DNA of 64,000 bases from contig CAVUDN010000042.1 in assembly GCA_963740095.1 (NCBI GenBank), forward strand, positions 4,295 through 68,294, written 5' to 3'. Below the pieces are notes generated by a model. That model had not been told where the DNA came from and ran no database searches. It was given only the letters and a program-made list of their open reading frames with translations. The position numbers were made by a program, and so were the translations under genes. Below are positions 1-8,777 of this stretch, one piece after another. Source of the DNA: an uncultured Acidobacteriota bacterium. Its GTDB lineage: Bacteria > Acidobacteriota > Terriglobia > Acidiferrales > UBA7541. Numbering within the stretch: the first letter of the stretch is position 1; each line of letters starts with the position of its first letter.

Positions 1-264
1 GCTAACGCTGCTTGCTCCATGATCGGCAACCTCCCCGGGGCAGATAGTCCGTGCCGCCACTGAGATATACTTCCGAAAAACTAAAGTCGAAGAGCCATGG
101 AGCCCGCCTCGCTCGCGCGTTCAAAGCCGTGGAAAACGACAATTACGTTCTCCACGCAACAAGATTTGAGACCTGCTAGTTCGTACAACAACCACGAGGT
201 GCTTTGCCGGCTTCATCGACTGTGATATGAGATAGATGATGTTCTTTTAGAAAGTATGAGCCGC

Positions 265-309
265 TATCTAGATACTGCTTCTAGGTTCTTAAAGTCAAGC
301 AGTTGCTAG
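265..309. promoter_or_regulatory. Candidate operator: a perfect 10-bp palindrome TATCTAGATA (265-274) overlapping an imperfect inverted repeat (268-284 vs 296-309)
   Basis: Read directly. CTAGATACTGCTTC and the reverse complement of CAAGCAGTTGCTAG match at 11 of 14 positions. The site lies about 85 bp upstream of the TetR start, in ORF-free AT-rich DNA. Confidence 0.25.
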
Positions 310-393
310 AAATTGACGCCGCGATTCAAGCGGCCGCTTGAAACCCCCATCCCGAGCGGTCGATGCAATAGCTGGGCGAAAGGAGCACACGAA

Positions 394-1122
394 GTGCCGA
401 TTCGTAAGCAGCCCTTGGGCGAAGCGCGGCAGCGACTTCTCGAAGCCGCGGGCCAGCTTTTTGCGGAAAAGGGATTCCGATTGGCTGGCACGCGGGAAAT
501 CTGCCGGAAGGCCGGGACCGATATCGCCGCCATCCACTATCATTTTGGCAGCAAGGAAAAACTGTACGAAGCAGTGCTGCGTTACGCCGACAATCTGCTG
601 GTCGATCCCGTCTCGACCTTCGCGGCGTCGCAATCGCGCGAGGCCCGGCTGAGAGAAATCATTGAGTGGGTCCTAACCCAATGTTTCGCGCAGGGCCAAT
701 CGGAATGGCGGTGGCGGTTCATAGAGCAAGCGACCATCTCGCTGACGCCGGGTCTCCTCGCGTTCTTTAATTCCAAAATTCTGCCTTTATACCAGGCTCT
801 CGACTCCATTTGCAGGGAGTTTCTCGGCGCCCGAGCTTCGCAGCAGCAAGTGCGTTTCGCTGCTCGGAGCATCCTCGGACAGTGTTTCTACTACAGGCAT
901 TTCCGCGTGCTGATCATCGGTCAGGGCGAGGCGTTTTCCGACGAGCACCTCCACGAGCTGACAGACCACATCCTGGAATTTTCGGTCGCGGGTCTCAAAG
1001 CGCGGGCGCACGGACTCGCAAAGGCGAAACGACAGAAGCCTTTGTTCCGCCCGCGGGCCGGTTCCCGGAAGAAGCCCATTCACTGGGAAGGAAAGATTCG
1101 CACCAAGCGCATTAACAACTGA
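394..1122 (+). CDS. TetR/AcrR family transcriptional regulator
   Basis: N-terminal HTH signature ARQRLLEAAGQLFAEKGFRLAGTREICRKAGTDIAAIHYHFGSKEKLY. I chose the GTG at 394, in frame with the 313 ORF, because AGGAG lies 8 nt upstream. The start is uncertain. Confidence 0.8.
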   Translation: MPIRKQPLGEARQRLLEAAGQLFAEKGFRLAGTREICRKAGTDIAAIHYHFGSKEKLYEAVLRYADNLLVDPVSTFAASQSREARLREIIEWVLTQCFAQGQSEWRWRFIEQATISLTPGLLAFFNSKILPLYQALDSICREFLGARASQQQVRFAARSILGQCFYYRHFRVLIIGQGEAFSDEHLHELTDHILEFSVAGLKARAHGLAKAKRQKPLFRPRAGSRKKPIHWEGKIRTKRINN

Positions 1123-1211
1123 ACAGCCGCACAATCCTGCGAGGACGGCCTCAGAGACGTGGCGATCCCTGGAGACTTTTGGATTTGTTGCCCCACAGAC
1201 GTGCGCGGCCA

Positions 1212-1880
1212 TTAAGCTGCTTGGAAGGCACGCTTCAATGGATAGTATCTTCCGTCGCGTCTCTCGAGATAATTTACCTGCGCCATCTCGTCGAGCAGAC
1301 ACTCAACGAGCATGGGATTGAGCGGCGGATAGATTTCGTCTCTCTCCCAGTCCGTGAATTTGCCGATGATTTCGTCGCGGGTGAGACCGGGTTCGGATTT
1401 GATCTTTTCGAGCATCGCCATCGAGCGCTTGTAGTACGGCGTGTCGTATCCTTTCGACGCAATGTCGATTGGCTCTACAACAAAGAACGCAGAGGTGCGG
1501 GCGTCACCGCAGACGAACGTCCAACCAGTCTGCCTTGTTTTTGGGGGAGTCGCGGGAAGTCCTTTGACGTGTTGTGGCTGAGCGCCCTCGGGAATTTCCT
1601 TCAGCGGGCGAAATCCGAGCCCGTCGTACCGTTTCATGCTTTCATCCCTTGCGCTAAGGCCTGAATAACGAAATGCGATGCCTTGCGCAAAGCTGTTTCC
1701 GGCCGCGCGCATGCCGACGAGAACGGGCGTCATGGGCCCAAGAACGCCCGGGCATACTCGCCCATGAAACTCTTCGCCATCGTATGTGAAGGAGTCGCCG
1801 ATTTTGTAGCAGAAATGGCATGGGAACCGTTTTTCGTCTCCCATAAATTCCACCAACGTTGCCTTTATTTTGAATGCCAT
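1212..1880 (-). CDS. Hypothetical protein with a TIGR04076-like Cys-containing N-terminal domain and a possible winged-helix C-terminus
   Basis: ATG at 1880 with AGGAGGA upstream. The N-terminus KIKATLVEFMGDEKRFPCHFCYKIGDSFTYDGEEFHGRVCPGVL resembles TIGR04076 family proteins. The C-terminus ends LTRDEIIGKF...VNYLERRDGRYYPLK. Confidence 0.55.
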   Translation of the reverse strand: MAFKIKATLVEFMGDEKRFPCHFCYKIGDSFTYDGEEFHGRVCPGVLGPMTPVLVGMRAAGNSFAQGIAFRYSGLSARDESMKRYDGLGFRPLKEIPEGAQPQHVKGLPATPPKTRQTGWTFVCGDARTSAFFVVEPIDIASKGYDTPYYKRSMAMLEKIKSEPGLTRDEIIGKFTDWERDEIYPPLNPMLVECLLDEMAQVNYLERRDGRYYPLKRAFQAA

Positions 1881-1930
1881 TCTTTTCCTCCTGCGTATCT
1901 TTATGCTTAGGCTTTGCCGAAACTGGTCTG

Positions 1931-2698
1931 TCAAATCAGTAGGGCCCCGCCATCGACAGCAACAGCGCTGCCCGTTACAAACGAGGCTTCGCTTGAGCAC
2001 AGCCAAAGCACGAGAGCTGTTACTTCCTCAGGTTGCCCAATCCGACCGACTGGATACATCTGAATCGCTTTCTGCACCATCGCCTGATCTTTAAGAAATG
2101 TGGCCTCCGACATGGGCGTCTGAATCAACGCCGGACAAACGGCATTCACCCGAATTCCGCGAGAGGCATAATCCAAGGCGCCCGTTGTCGTAAGCCCGAT
2201 GATCCCGTGTTTGGTTGCGTTGTAGGCAGCCCCCGTCGGGCGTCCGCTCCGCAGCCCGGCCATCGCCGACATATTGACGATCGAACCTCCACCGCGTTTC
2301 AGCATCTCCGGAATTTCATACTTCATAGAAAGAAATGTCCCGGTGAGATTGGTGGCGACGACTCGATCCCACACTTCTTTCTGATAGTCAGCTAAGGGAA
2401 CCATCAGCGTGCCGTCGATCCCGGCGTTGTTGAAGGCGCAGTCCAAACCCCCGTAAGTCTCTACACAGGCTTGGACGGATTTTTCCACATCGGAGGAGTT
2501 GCAGACATCGGCACAAACGAAGGTTGCCTCACCACCTTCCTTCCGTATAGCTGAAACCACTTCTTCACCAGCTTCAACACGCCTCCCGGTAAGGACCACG
2601 TTTGCGTCTTCTCGGGCAAACGCAAGCGCTGCATCGCGGCCGAGGCCCGACGTGCCGCCGGTCACTAAAACCACTTTGTCGGTAAATCGCCCGCTCAT
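1931..2698 (-). CDS. Short-chain dehydrogenase/reductase (SDR) family oxidoreductase
   Basis: Rossmann motif VVLVTGGTSGLG, NNAG motif, and YNATKHG (YxxxK catalytic motif). ATG at 2698. Confidence 0.9.
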   Translation of the reverse strand: MSGRFTDKVVLVTGGTSGLGRDAALAFAREDANVVLTGRRVEAGEEVVSAIRKEGGEATFVCADVCNSSDVEKSVQACVETYGGLDCAFNNAGIDGTLMVPLADYQKEVWDRVVATNLTGTFLSMKYEIPEMLKRGGGSIVNMSAMAGLRSGRPTGAAYNATKHGIIGLTTTGALDYASRGIRVNAVCPALIQTPMSEATFLKDQAMVQKAIQMYPVGRIGQPEEVTALVLWLCSSEASFVTGSAVAVDGGALLI

Positions 2699-2744
2699 AT
2701 CTCCGCTCTTGCGCCGATATTTACGGCGGCGCGAGCTGTGCTTG

Positions 2745-4250
2745 TTACTTTCGAGCCCCGAATGCCTCCGCGATCTTGGTTGACCAGACGTGGCAGTCGC
2801 TATACAGGGGGCCCAGCTTTTCGAGCATCGGCATCGAGCGCGGAGGCATCGTCGCGTGGTGCCCATGCCGAATCTCCGTCTCATGTGACCGGGCCATCAC
2901 CTGCATCGGTATGTCGCCCCAATCTGGCTGATTGCGTTCCCATAAGAACAAAAGCTCGATGTGGGCCAAATGGCCGTATTCCATCGAGATGATCTGGAAA
3001 TTGTCCGGCGCATCGAAAATCAGCCCCTTGTCGATGAAATCAGTCAAGAATTCGGGAATGGTTTTGCCGACCTCGAACATGTGATGGATCGAATCCGCGC
3101 TCAGTTTGGTCGGTGCCCAGGCCCCGCCGAGGCGCAGCACGCGTTGAAGGAATCCCACGAGGATGAAGAAGTCCATGTTGTTCTCGTAGATCGCGCGGAT
3201 GGCTGGATCGACGTCTTCACCTCCCGTTTCTGCGATTATTTCGCGAAGCACCGCCTCCTCGTAGGCCATCTCCTCGGCCGAATGTGTGGCGAGATAGACA
3301 TAGAGAGGCCTGGCGAGTTCTCTCTGGAACAGGCCGCTATCCCAAAGATCCCAAAAGTGGTTTGCTGATTGCGTGGCCAGTAGCGCCGCCGTCGCATTGA
3401 AATATTTCAACACCGCTTGACCGATCTCCGCTTTGCCGATTTCGATCATTGCGTCGCGGAGTTGGTCCAGCGTCGGGAACTTAAAGATGAAAATCTTGTG
3501 GCGATCTTTGGGCAGCCGGATTTGATAGTCGGGCGAGTGCCCTTCGGCAGGCATCTCGGCCGGCCCCCTCCACTCGTCGAGCCCAATGGCGATTCGAGTG
3601 ATTACGCCGAAGCCGCCAAACGGGCCAGCGTAACCTTTGATCAGTCCTCGCAGGCTTGGGCCGGGGCCGTCGCCGCAGAACCAGCCCGCGTCATTGGCCA
3701 GCGAGCCAAGCCGAATCAGTTCGCCAGAGGGAAGCACCCACTCAACGCCGAGGATATAACGATTCGTCCGCGAAGCGCCGTGCTGATTGTGGTTGTCGCC
3801 GCTCGAGCAGGCGAAATTGACCAACACTGACCCGCCCGGACCGACGGCGGCCACCGGATAGCTCAGGCCATATTTCATCAATTCAGTTTTCAACTGGCCG
3901 TGTCGCACGCCCGGCTCGATCACGGCGTAGCGGTCTGCCCTATTGATCTCCGTAATTCGATTCATCCGCTTCAATTGCAAGATGATCGTGTTCGGGCCGG
4001 TCGGGTACGCAAAACCGATCAGGCTCGACACCGTGGGGATGAATTTCAGCCCGTGCCGGTTGCAAACTCTGACGATCTGCTGAATCTCTTCCGCGCTACC
4101 CGGCAGCAATACCGCGGCGGGGCTTGGCGGCTTGACCGGGCTGCTCGGCATGGCGTGCCGCATTGCCGCCAAAATGTATTCGCGGTCGCTGATATACTCT
4201 GGCCCGACGATTCCCTCGAGTTCGGCGTAGACGTTCTTGGGCAGGCTCAT
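2745..4250 (-). CDS. FAD-binding (PCMH-type, GlcD-like) oxidoreductase
   Basis: 501-aa ORF whose N-terminal layout is typical of FAD_binding_4 proteins (L..IVG.EYIS, PAAVLLPGSAEEIQQIVRVCNRHGLKFIP, RYAVIEPGV). Confidence 0.8.
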   Translation of the reverse strand: MSLPKNVYAELEGIVGPEYISDREYILAAMRHAMPSSPVKPPSPAAVLLPGSAEEIQQIVRVCNRHGLKFIPTVSSLIGFAYPTGPNTIILQLKRMNRITEINRADRYAVIEPGVRHGQLKTELMKYGLSYPVAAVGPGGSVLVNFACSSGDNHNQHGASRTNRYILGVEWVLPSGELIRLGSLANDAGWFCGDGPGPSLRGLIKGYAGPFGGFGVITRIAIGLDEWRGPAEMPAEGHSPDYQIRLPKDRHKIFIFKFPTLDQLRDAMIEIGKAEIGQAVLKYFNATAALLATQSANHFWDLWDSGLFQRELARPLYVYLATHSAEEMAYEEAVLREIIAETGGEDVDPAIRAIYENNMDFFILVGFLQRVLRLGGAWAPTKLSADSIHHMFEVGKTIPEFLTDFIDKGLIFDAPDNFQIISMEYGHLAHIELLFLWERNQPDWGDIPMQVMARSHETEIRHGHHATMPPRSMPMLEKLGPLYSDCHVWSTKIAEAFGARK

Positions 4251-4279
4251 CGCTCAGATCTCCGCATCCCAGCTGCCAG

Positions 4280-5530
4280 CTACAACGCGTCGGCGATCAA
4301 CTGCGTGATATCGAAACATTCCATTTCGCCGTCCGGCGTTTGCAGCACTTTTTCAAACGCCGACTCGCAAAATGGGCAACAGGAAATGATCGCGTCAGCT
4401 CCGGTAGATTTCGCCTCTTTGCTTCGTTCGCGTGCCGTCCATTGGCTGAATTCCGGGAAGGCCTCCGCAACGCCACCGCCAGCGCCGCAGCAATACGAAT
4501 TCTCCTCGTTACGAATCATTTCCACGACCTCCAGCCCGGGAATCGCCTTCAGGACTTCGCGGGGCGCGTCGTAAACGCCTTGTGTGCCGCGGCGCCATTG
4601 CTTGGGAGGTTCGTGGCGGCCAAATGCTTTGATTTCTCCGTTCCAAGGCACGTATGGCTCTGATAGGCGACCCAAAAGGCAGGGATCGTGATACGTAACG
4701 CTCCTTCTGCGCGTGTTGTGAAGCGTCAGCCGTCCCTCTGCAATCAGTTGCTGCACGACCTCCGTAATATGCATGACGCGAAACTTCAACTTGCCTAGGC
4801 GCGGGTAGAAATCGCGGAATGCTCCGAAGCATTCGGCGCAACTGGTGATCACCGTGTCGATGCCGTGTTTTTCAAGTGCCGCAAGATTGTGCTCGGCCAC
4901 CTCGCGGGCCGCCGCAACTTGTCCGGTGCGCCAAAGCGGGCCGCCGCAGCAATATTCCTCCGCACGCAGCACCATGAACTTCACGCCCCCTGCGTTCAGG
5001 ATCTTTGCCGTGTTTTGAGCAATCTTTGGATAGTGGTACGAGGCGGCACAGCCGGCAAAATAGGCTACGTTACTTTGTTTCAAGAGTTCCATGTCTGGCG
5101 TGAGCCACTCAAACCTCTGGCCGTGCTCTTTGCCGAGAATGTTGTGCTGCTCGGCTACGGACCGTGCTTGTTGCTGATGCGCAGGCATCGGTCCCCAGCC
5201 ATCAGCTACGACCCGCTCCCGCAGCGCGAGGACCGTCTCCAGCACTTCCATATCGCGGATGGATTTGCAGTTGATGTCGCAGGCTCCGCAAGTCGTACAA
5301 CTGTAGATCAGCTCGATCAAACCGCTTTCGTATGCAAGCTCCCCATTGAGAAGTTCCTCGGCGATGTTCAGCAGACCTTGGCCGGAATAAGCGTCGAAAC
5401 CAAATCGCTGGTGAATCGGGCAGATCTCCGCGAAGTCGTAGCCCTTCGTCTTCGGACCCAGCAGCCACTTGCACTGGCCGCAGTGGTTGCAAGACTCCAT
5501 CGTGCGTCTGAAATCTTCGAGCGTCAGCAT
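4280..5530 (-). CDS. (Fe-S)-binding protein with CCG domains (GlcF/HdrD/GlpC-like)
   Basis: Two ferredoxin-type Cys clusters (CNHCGQCKWL, CTTCGACDINC) followed by two CCG-type motifs (EEYCCGGP, NSYCCGAGGG). ATG at 5530 with GGAGA upstream. Confidence 0.85.
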   Translation of the reverse strand: MLTLEDFRRTMESCNHCGQCKWLLGPKTKGYDFAEICPIHQRFGFDAYSGQGLLNIAEELLNGELAYESGLIELIYSCTTCGACDINCKSIRDMEVLETVLALRERVVADGWGPMPAHQQQARSVAEQHNILGKEHGQRFEWLTPDMELLKQSNVAYFAGCAASYHYPKIAQNTAKILNAGGVKFMVLRAEEYCCGGPLWRTGQVAAAREVAEHNLAALEKHGIDTVITSCAECFGAFRDFYPRLGKLKFRVMHITEVVQQLIAEGRLTLHNTRRRSVTYHDPCLLGRLSEPYVPWNGEIKAFGRHEPPKQWRRGTQGVYDAPREVLKAIPGLEVVEMIRNEENSYCCGAGGGVAEAFPEFSQWTARERSKEAKSTGADAIISCCPFCESAFEKVLQTPDGEMECFDITQLIADAL

Positions 5531-5555
5531 CGTCGTGTCTCCGCGGCGCAAGCGC

Positions 5556-7040
5556 CTAGAAACAAAGCTTCCCGGGATTCAAAATCCCATTTGGATCGAA
5601 AGTGTTCTTTAAAGTTCTGAGCATCGCCGCTCCATCCGAGTAGTTGCGGTAAACCATAGGCGCCCACGGCCCATAGGGACGGCTGAAAAATGCGCCCTTC
5701 TTCATCAATGTGTCCGACGCACTGAGGAAAAGCTCCTGTACTGCCTCTACTTCTTCGGCGCTCGAACCGTCGCAGGGCAGAAGAAAGGCGCAGTGCGCTC
5801 CGCGGCCTTGTACGAGAGGCTGGACGTATGCGCCGTAGTCCAAACCGGGGCGCCTAGATCTTTCGACGGCTTCCTTCATCGACTCGACGAAGTACCCGGC
5901 TTTACTGAGAGGTGCGAGAAAGAAAATTTCGTAGCAGCGGTCCGTCCGTCGGAGTTTCCAATAGGGCTCCTTGCTCCAAGGTTCCGATATGACCCGGAGG
6001 ACGTCCTTTTCCAAGCCTGGCGCTCCCGGCAGGCGCATCAGGGCCTGCAAGCCGAGGCTCGCGCAGATCTCGATCAGATATTTCTCGTGGATAGATACTC
6101 GTTCCTCGGCACGTCGCTGATACCCCGCCACGCAGGCGATAATCGTCCAAGGAGGCAGGGCTGCTTTTAACGGCGTGAAGTCTGCTCGTGCGTCGTCGGC
6201 GAGAAGGGTGGCCAAATTGGTACTGTTCAGCGCGAGGCACTCGTCTACTACCCGCTTTCTCAGCAGGGCATCGAGAGGAGCAGACAATTGTTGTGGATTA
6301 TCGAGCGGGATGAAGTAAAGCTTCCTCAATGCAGGCCGGACTTCTGTCCTGATGACGCCCCAGGTCACAAGTCCTATGGTTCCCTGAGAGGCAGATAGCA
6401 AGCGATAGTAATCAATGGCGCCAGGCCCCCAAGGATTGACTTTGTCCGCCTTCAACGACTCGGATGTCCCAGGACCCGATGCCGAACCCGTCCTGAACTC
6501 GTCTCCGCTCCCGTAGATGACTTCCAGCGTCAACAGCGGGTCCAGGTAATCGTACTGATATTTTGGGATCAACGTCGCTTCGCGCTCGAGACAGCTCGTC
6601 AGCACGGACTTGTTAGCTCGCGGCGCGAGCGGCATATTGACCTTCATGCCGTGGCTTTCGAGAGCGAGCACGATCTCGCCGTACGTCACTCCGGGCTCGA
6701 CCGTTGCGCAACGGCTGACTGAATCTATCCTGACGATCTGCCGCATCCTGCCGAAATCGACGACAATTCCGCGCTTGCTGGGCAGTGTGTCACCGTGGAA
6801 TCGTGGCGGACCGGAACTAACCGGTACGAGGGATACTGCGTGCTGATTTGCAATTCGTACGATCTCGCGAACGTCTTTCTTGCTGCGTGGATAAACGATG
6901 AAATCAGGGCAAGTTCCGGCGACTAGGCTGTAGTCCTGCGAGTAACTTCTGAGGGCTGCCGAGTCCGTTGAGACATTCTCAGCTCCGATGGAGCGATTCA
7001 ACTCTTGAGTAATCGCAGGACGAACATCCAGCGCAAGCAT
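5556..7040 (-). CDS. FAD-binding (PCMH-type, GlcD/GlcE-like) oxidoreductase
   Basis: 494-aa ORF with the FAD_binding_4 layout (PDFIVYPRSKKDVREIVRIANQHAVSLVPVSSG; ATVEPGVTYGEIV) and a C-terminal ..LKNTFDPNGILNPGK motif typical of FAD-linked oxidases. Confidence 0.85.
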   Translation of the reverse strand: MLALDVRPAITQELNRSIGAENVSTDSAALRSYSQDYSLVAGTCPDFIVYPRSKKDVREIVRIANQHAVSLVPVSSGPPRFHGDTLPSKRGIVVDFGRMRQIVRIDSVSRCATVEPGVTYGEIVLALESHGMKVNMPLAPRANKSVLTSCLEREATLIPKYQYDYLDPLLTLEVIYGSGDEFRTGSASGPGTSESLKADKVNPWGPGAIDYYRLLSASQGTIGLVTWGVIRTEVRPALRKLYFIPLDNPQQLSAPLDALLRKRVVDECLALNSTNLATLLADDARADFTPLKAALPPWTIIACVAGYQRRAEERVSIHEKYLIEICASLGLQALMRLPGAPGLEKDVLRVISEPWSKEPYWKLRRTDRCYEIFFLAPLSKAGYFVESMKEAVERSRRPGLDYGAYVQPLVQGRGAHCAFLLPCDGSSAEEVEAVQELFLSASDTLMKKGAFFSRPYGPWAPMVYRNYSDGAAMLRTLKNTFDPNGILNPGKLCF

Positions 7041-7055
7041 TTCGCTCCCTCACGA

Positions 7056-7982
7056 TCAGAATCCGGGCCGAACTCGAAACGGTGCACGCACAATCAGGGG
7101 ACTTCTGATCCCAGCCGCGAGAATCAAGAGGCGCATGAGGAACCCACCGGCTAGCAATAACATGCCGGCGATGAGCAACGTCAACAGTTGAGGCGCAACC
7201 TTTTCGTTTGCCCATGCGAAAAGCTCGATCAGCGCCGGAACCAACAGACCGGCGCCGAGAAATCCGCCCCAAAACATCCCCGAGAGCTTTCCTCTCAAGA
7301 GCAGGCTAGCCGCCTCCGGAGCACGGTTGTATACGATCGTCAGGTAGAGATAGATCGTTATCCCCTCGAACAGAACCAGAATTACGTCAGCCAACTCAAG
7401 ATGAGACAGGAACCTCGCCGTTTCGGGGCTGCTGACGCGCAAAGTTGCGCCGACGATCGGTGTAATGAAGAACAGCCCCCCGATGCCCGTCGAAACGGCG
7501 GAAATCAGAAAGAGCACCGGCAAAAGGGGGTTGTTCCAGAAAGGTCGGCCTACCACAATACCGATCAGAATGCCGGTGTACACGCACGTCGCCACAGCCA
7601 ATCCGAGAACGATGACCTCCACGACCATGCGTAGCCCTTGATTCGCGTCCAAAACGCTGCCGTATGGCCATACCCGCAGGATCGTGAGCAGCCCTCCGGA
7701 AATAAGCAGCGCCGAGACGATCAAAAATCCGCGCGAAATCCAGGAAGTACTTGGATGCAGCACGGCCGTAAAAAACTTTTCCGGGTGCCCGAGATCCAAA
7801 ATCAGGAAGAAAGTAGAAAGCGCCACCAGCGGAAGACCAAGGCCAAGGGCGACTTTTGCCGAAGCCACAAATCCGGTGAAATCGCCAATGATGCCCACAA
7901 TCATTGCGCCAGCGCCTGTGCCCGCAAGGAAAAGATATGCCGCGATCTTCCACCGCCACACCGACTGCGGAACGGTTCCCAT
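7056..7982 (-). CDS. NrfD/PsrC-family polytopic membrane (quinone-interacting) subunit
   Basis: 308 aa and strongly hydrophobic throughout. The N-terminus W.WKIAAYLFLAGTGAGA is typical of NrfD/DmsC-type anchors. It lies 5 nt downstream of the 4Fe-4S subunit gene. Confidence 0.85.
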   Translation of the reverse strand: MGTVPQSVWRWKIAAYLFLAGTGAGAMIVGIIGDFTGFVASAKVALGLGLPLVALSTFFLILDLGHPEKFFTAVLHPSTSWISRGFLIVSALLISGGLLTILRVWPYGSVLDANQGLRMVVEVIVLGLAVATCVYTGILIGIVVGRPFWNNPLLPVLFLISAVSTGIGGLFFITPIVGATLRVSSPETARFLSHLELADVILVLFEGITIYLYLTIVYNRAPEAASLLLRGKLSGMFWGGFLGAGLLVPALIELFAWANEKVAPQLLTLLIAGMLLLAGGFLMRLLILAAGIRSPLIVRAPFRVRPGF

Positions 7983-7987
7983 CCGTA

Positions 7988-8689
7988 TTACTCCTTGTGG
8001 CGTTCCAGGTTTGGCGTTTCCGTTGGCGCAACCGAGCGGCCAGCGGGCAGATAACGCGTAGTCGGATCCGTGCCAAATTCTGGATTGAGTTGAAAAGCTT
8101 GAGCGCGCGCCACCAATTGCGCTACTTCGCTATTGGGATCATTCAGATCGCCGAAATAACGGGCCTTGGCCATGCAATTGATGACGCAGGCGGGAGTCGC
8201 CTCGCGGTCTACGCCGGGCTGCAGTCCTTTGGCAAGACCGGCGTCGATCCGGTGCCGGCAATAATCGCATTTCATGACGGTGCCCGTGCGCTGCGCCTGA
8301 TAGCCCACCGCTTCGTAGGGCGTCAGTCCTTGGTCGCCGAAATATCCCCGGTTGTCTTCCACGAAATAGCGTGCGCCATACGGGCAGGCGATCATGCAGT
8401 ACTTACATCCGATACATTTATCTTCATCCACGAAGACGATGCCGTCTGGGCGTTGCTGTGTGGCCTGCGTTGGGCAGACGCTCTCGCATGGTGGATTGCT
8501 GCATTGCATGCACAGCAGCGGCAGATTGACGCGGGACACATTTGGGTAGCTGCCAACCTCCGTGACCTCGACGCGAGCCAGGGTGACGCCCGGTGGGGTG
8601 GCGTTTTCGGCTTTACAGCTTGTCTGGCAGCCGTAGCAGCCGATGCATTTCAGAAGGTCAATGACCATTCCCCATCTCGGCATTTTCAT
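7988..8689 (-). CDS. 4Fe-4S dicluster electron-transfer subunit (PsrB/DmsB-like)
   Basis: Four Cys groups: CIGCYGCQTSC, CMQCSNPPCESVCP, CIGCKYCMIACP and CDYC...ACVINC. The start at 8689 (MKMPRWGMVID) is preferred over the ATG at 8719, but this is uncertain. Confidence 0.9.
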   Translation of the reverse strand: MKMPRWGMVIDLLKCIGCYGCQTSCKAENATPPGVTLARVEVTEVGSYPNVSRVNLPLLCMQCSNPPCESVCPTQATQQRPDGIVFVDEDKCIGCKYCMIACPYGARYFVEDNRGYFGDQGLTPYEAVGYQAQRTGTVMKCDYCRHRIDAGLAKGLQPGVDREATPACVINCMAKARYFGDLNDPNSEVAQLVARAQAFQLNPEFGTDPTTRYLPAGRSVAPTETPNLERHKE

Positions 8690-8777
8690 TCCTCGCTCTC
8701 GCGTTGCGCCGCTGGCCATCTACGCTCTGTTTCATTCGCTCCGAGCGCCGTTAGCGCCGTCGGGCTGCGTGGAAATC

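Noticed and set aside
1-20. Possible 5' end of a minus-strand gene leaving the window (ATG at 18-20, with GGAGG 8 nt upstream on the minus strand)
   Set aside because: Only six codons are visible (MEQAAL). That is too little sequence to support a feature call.
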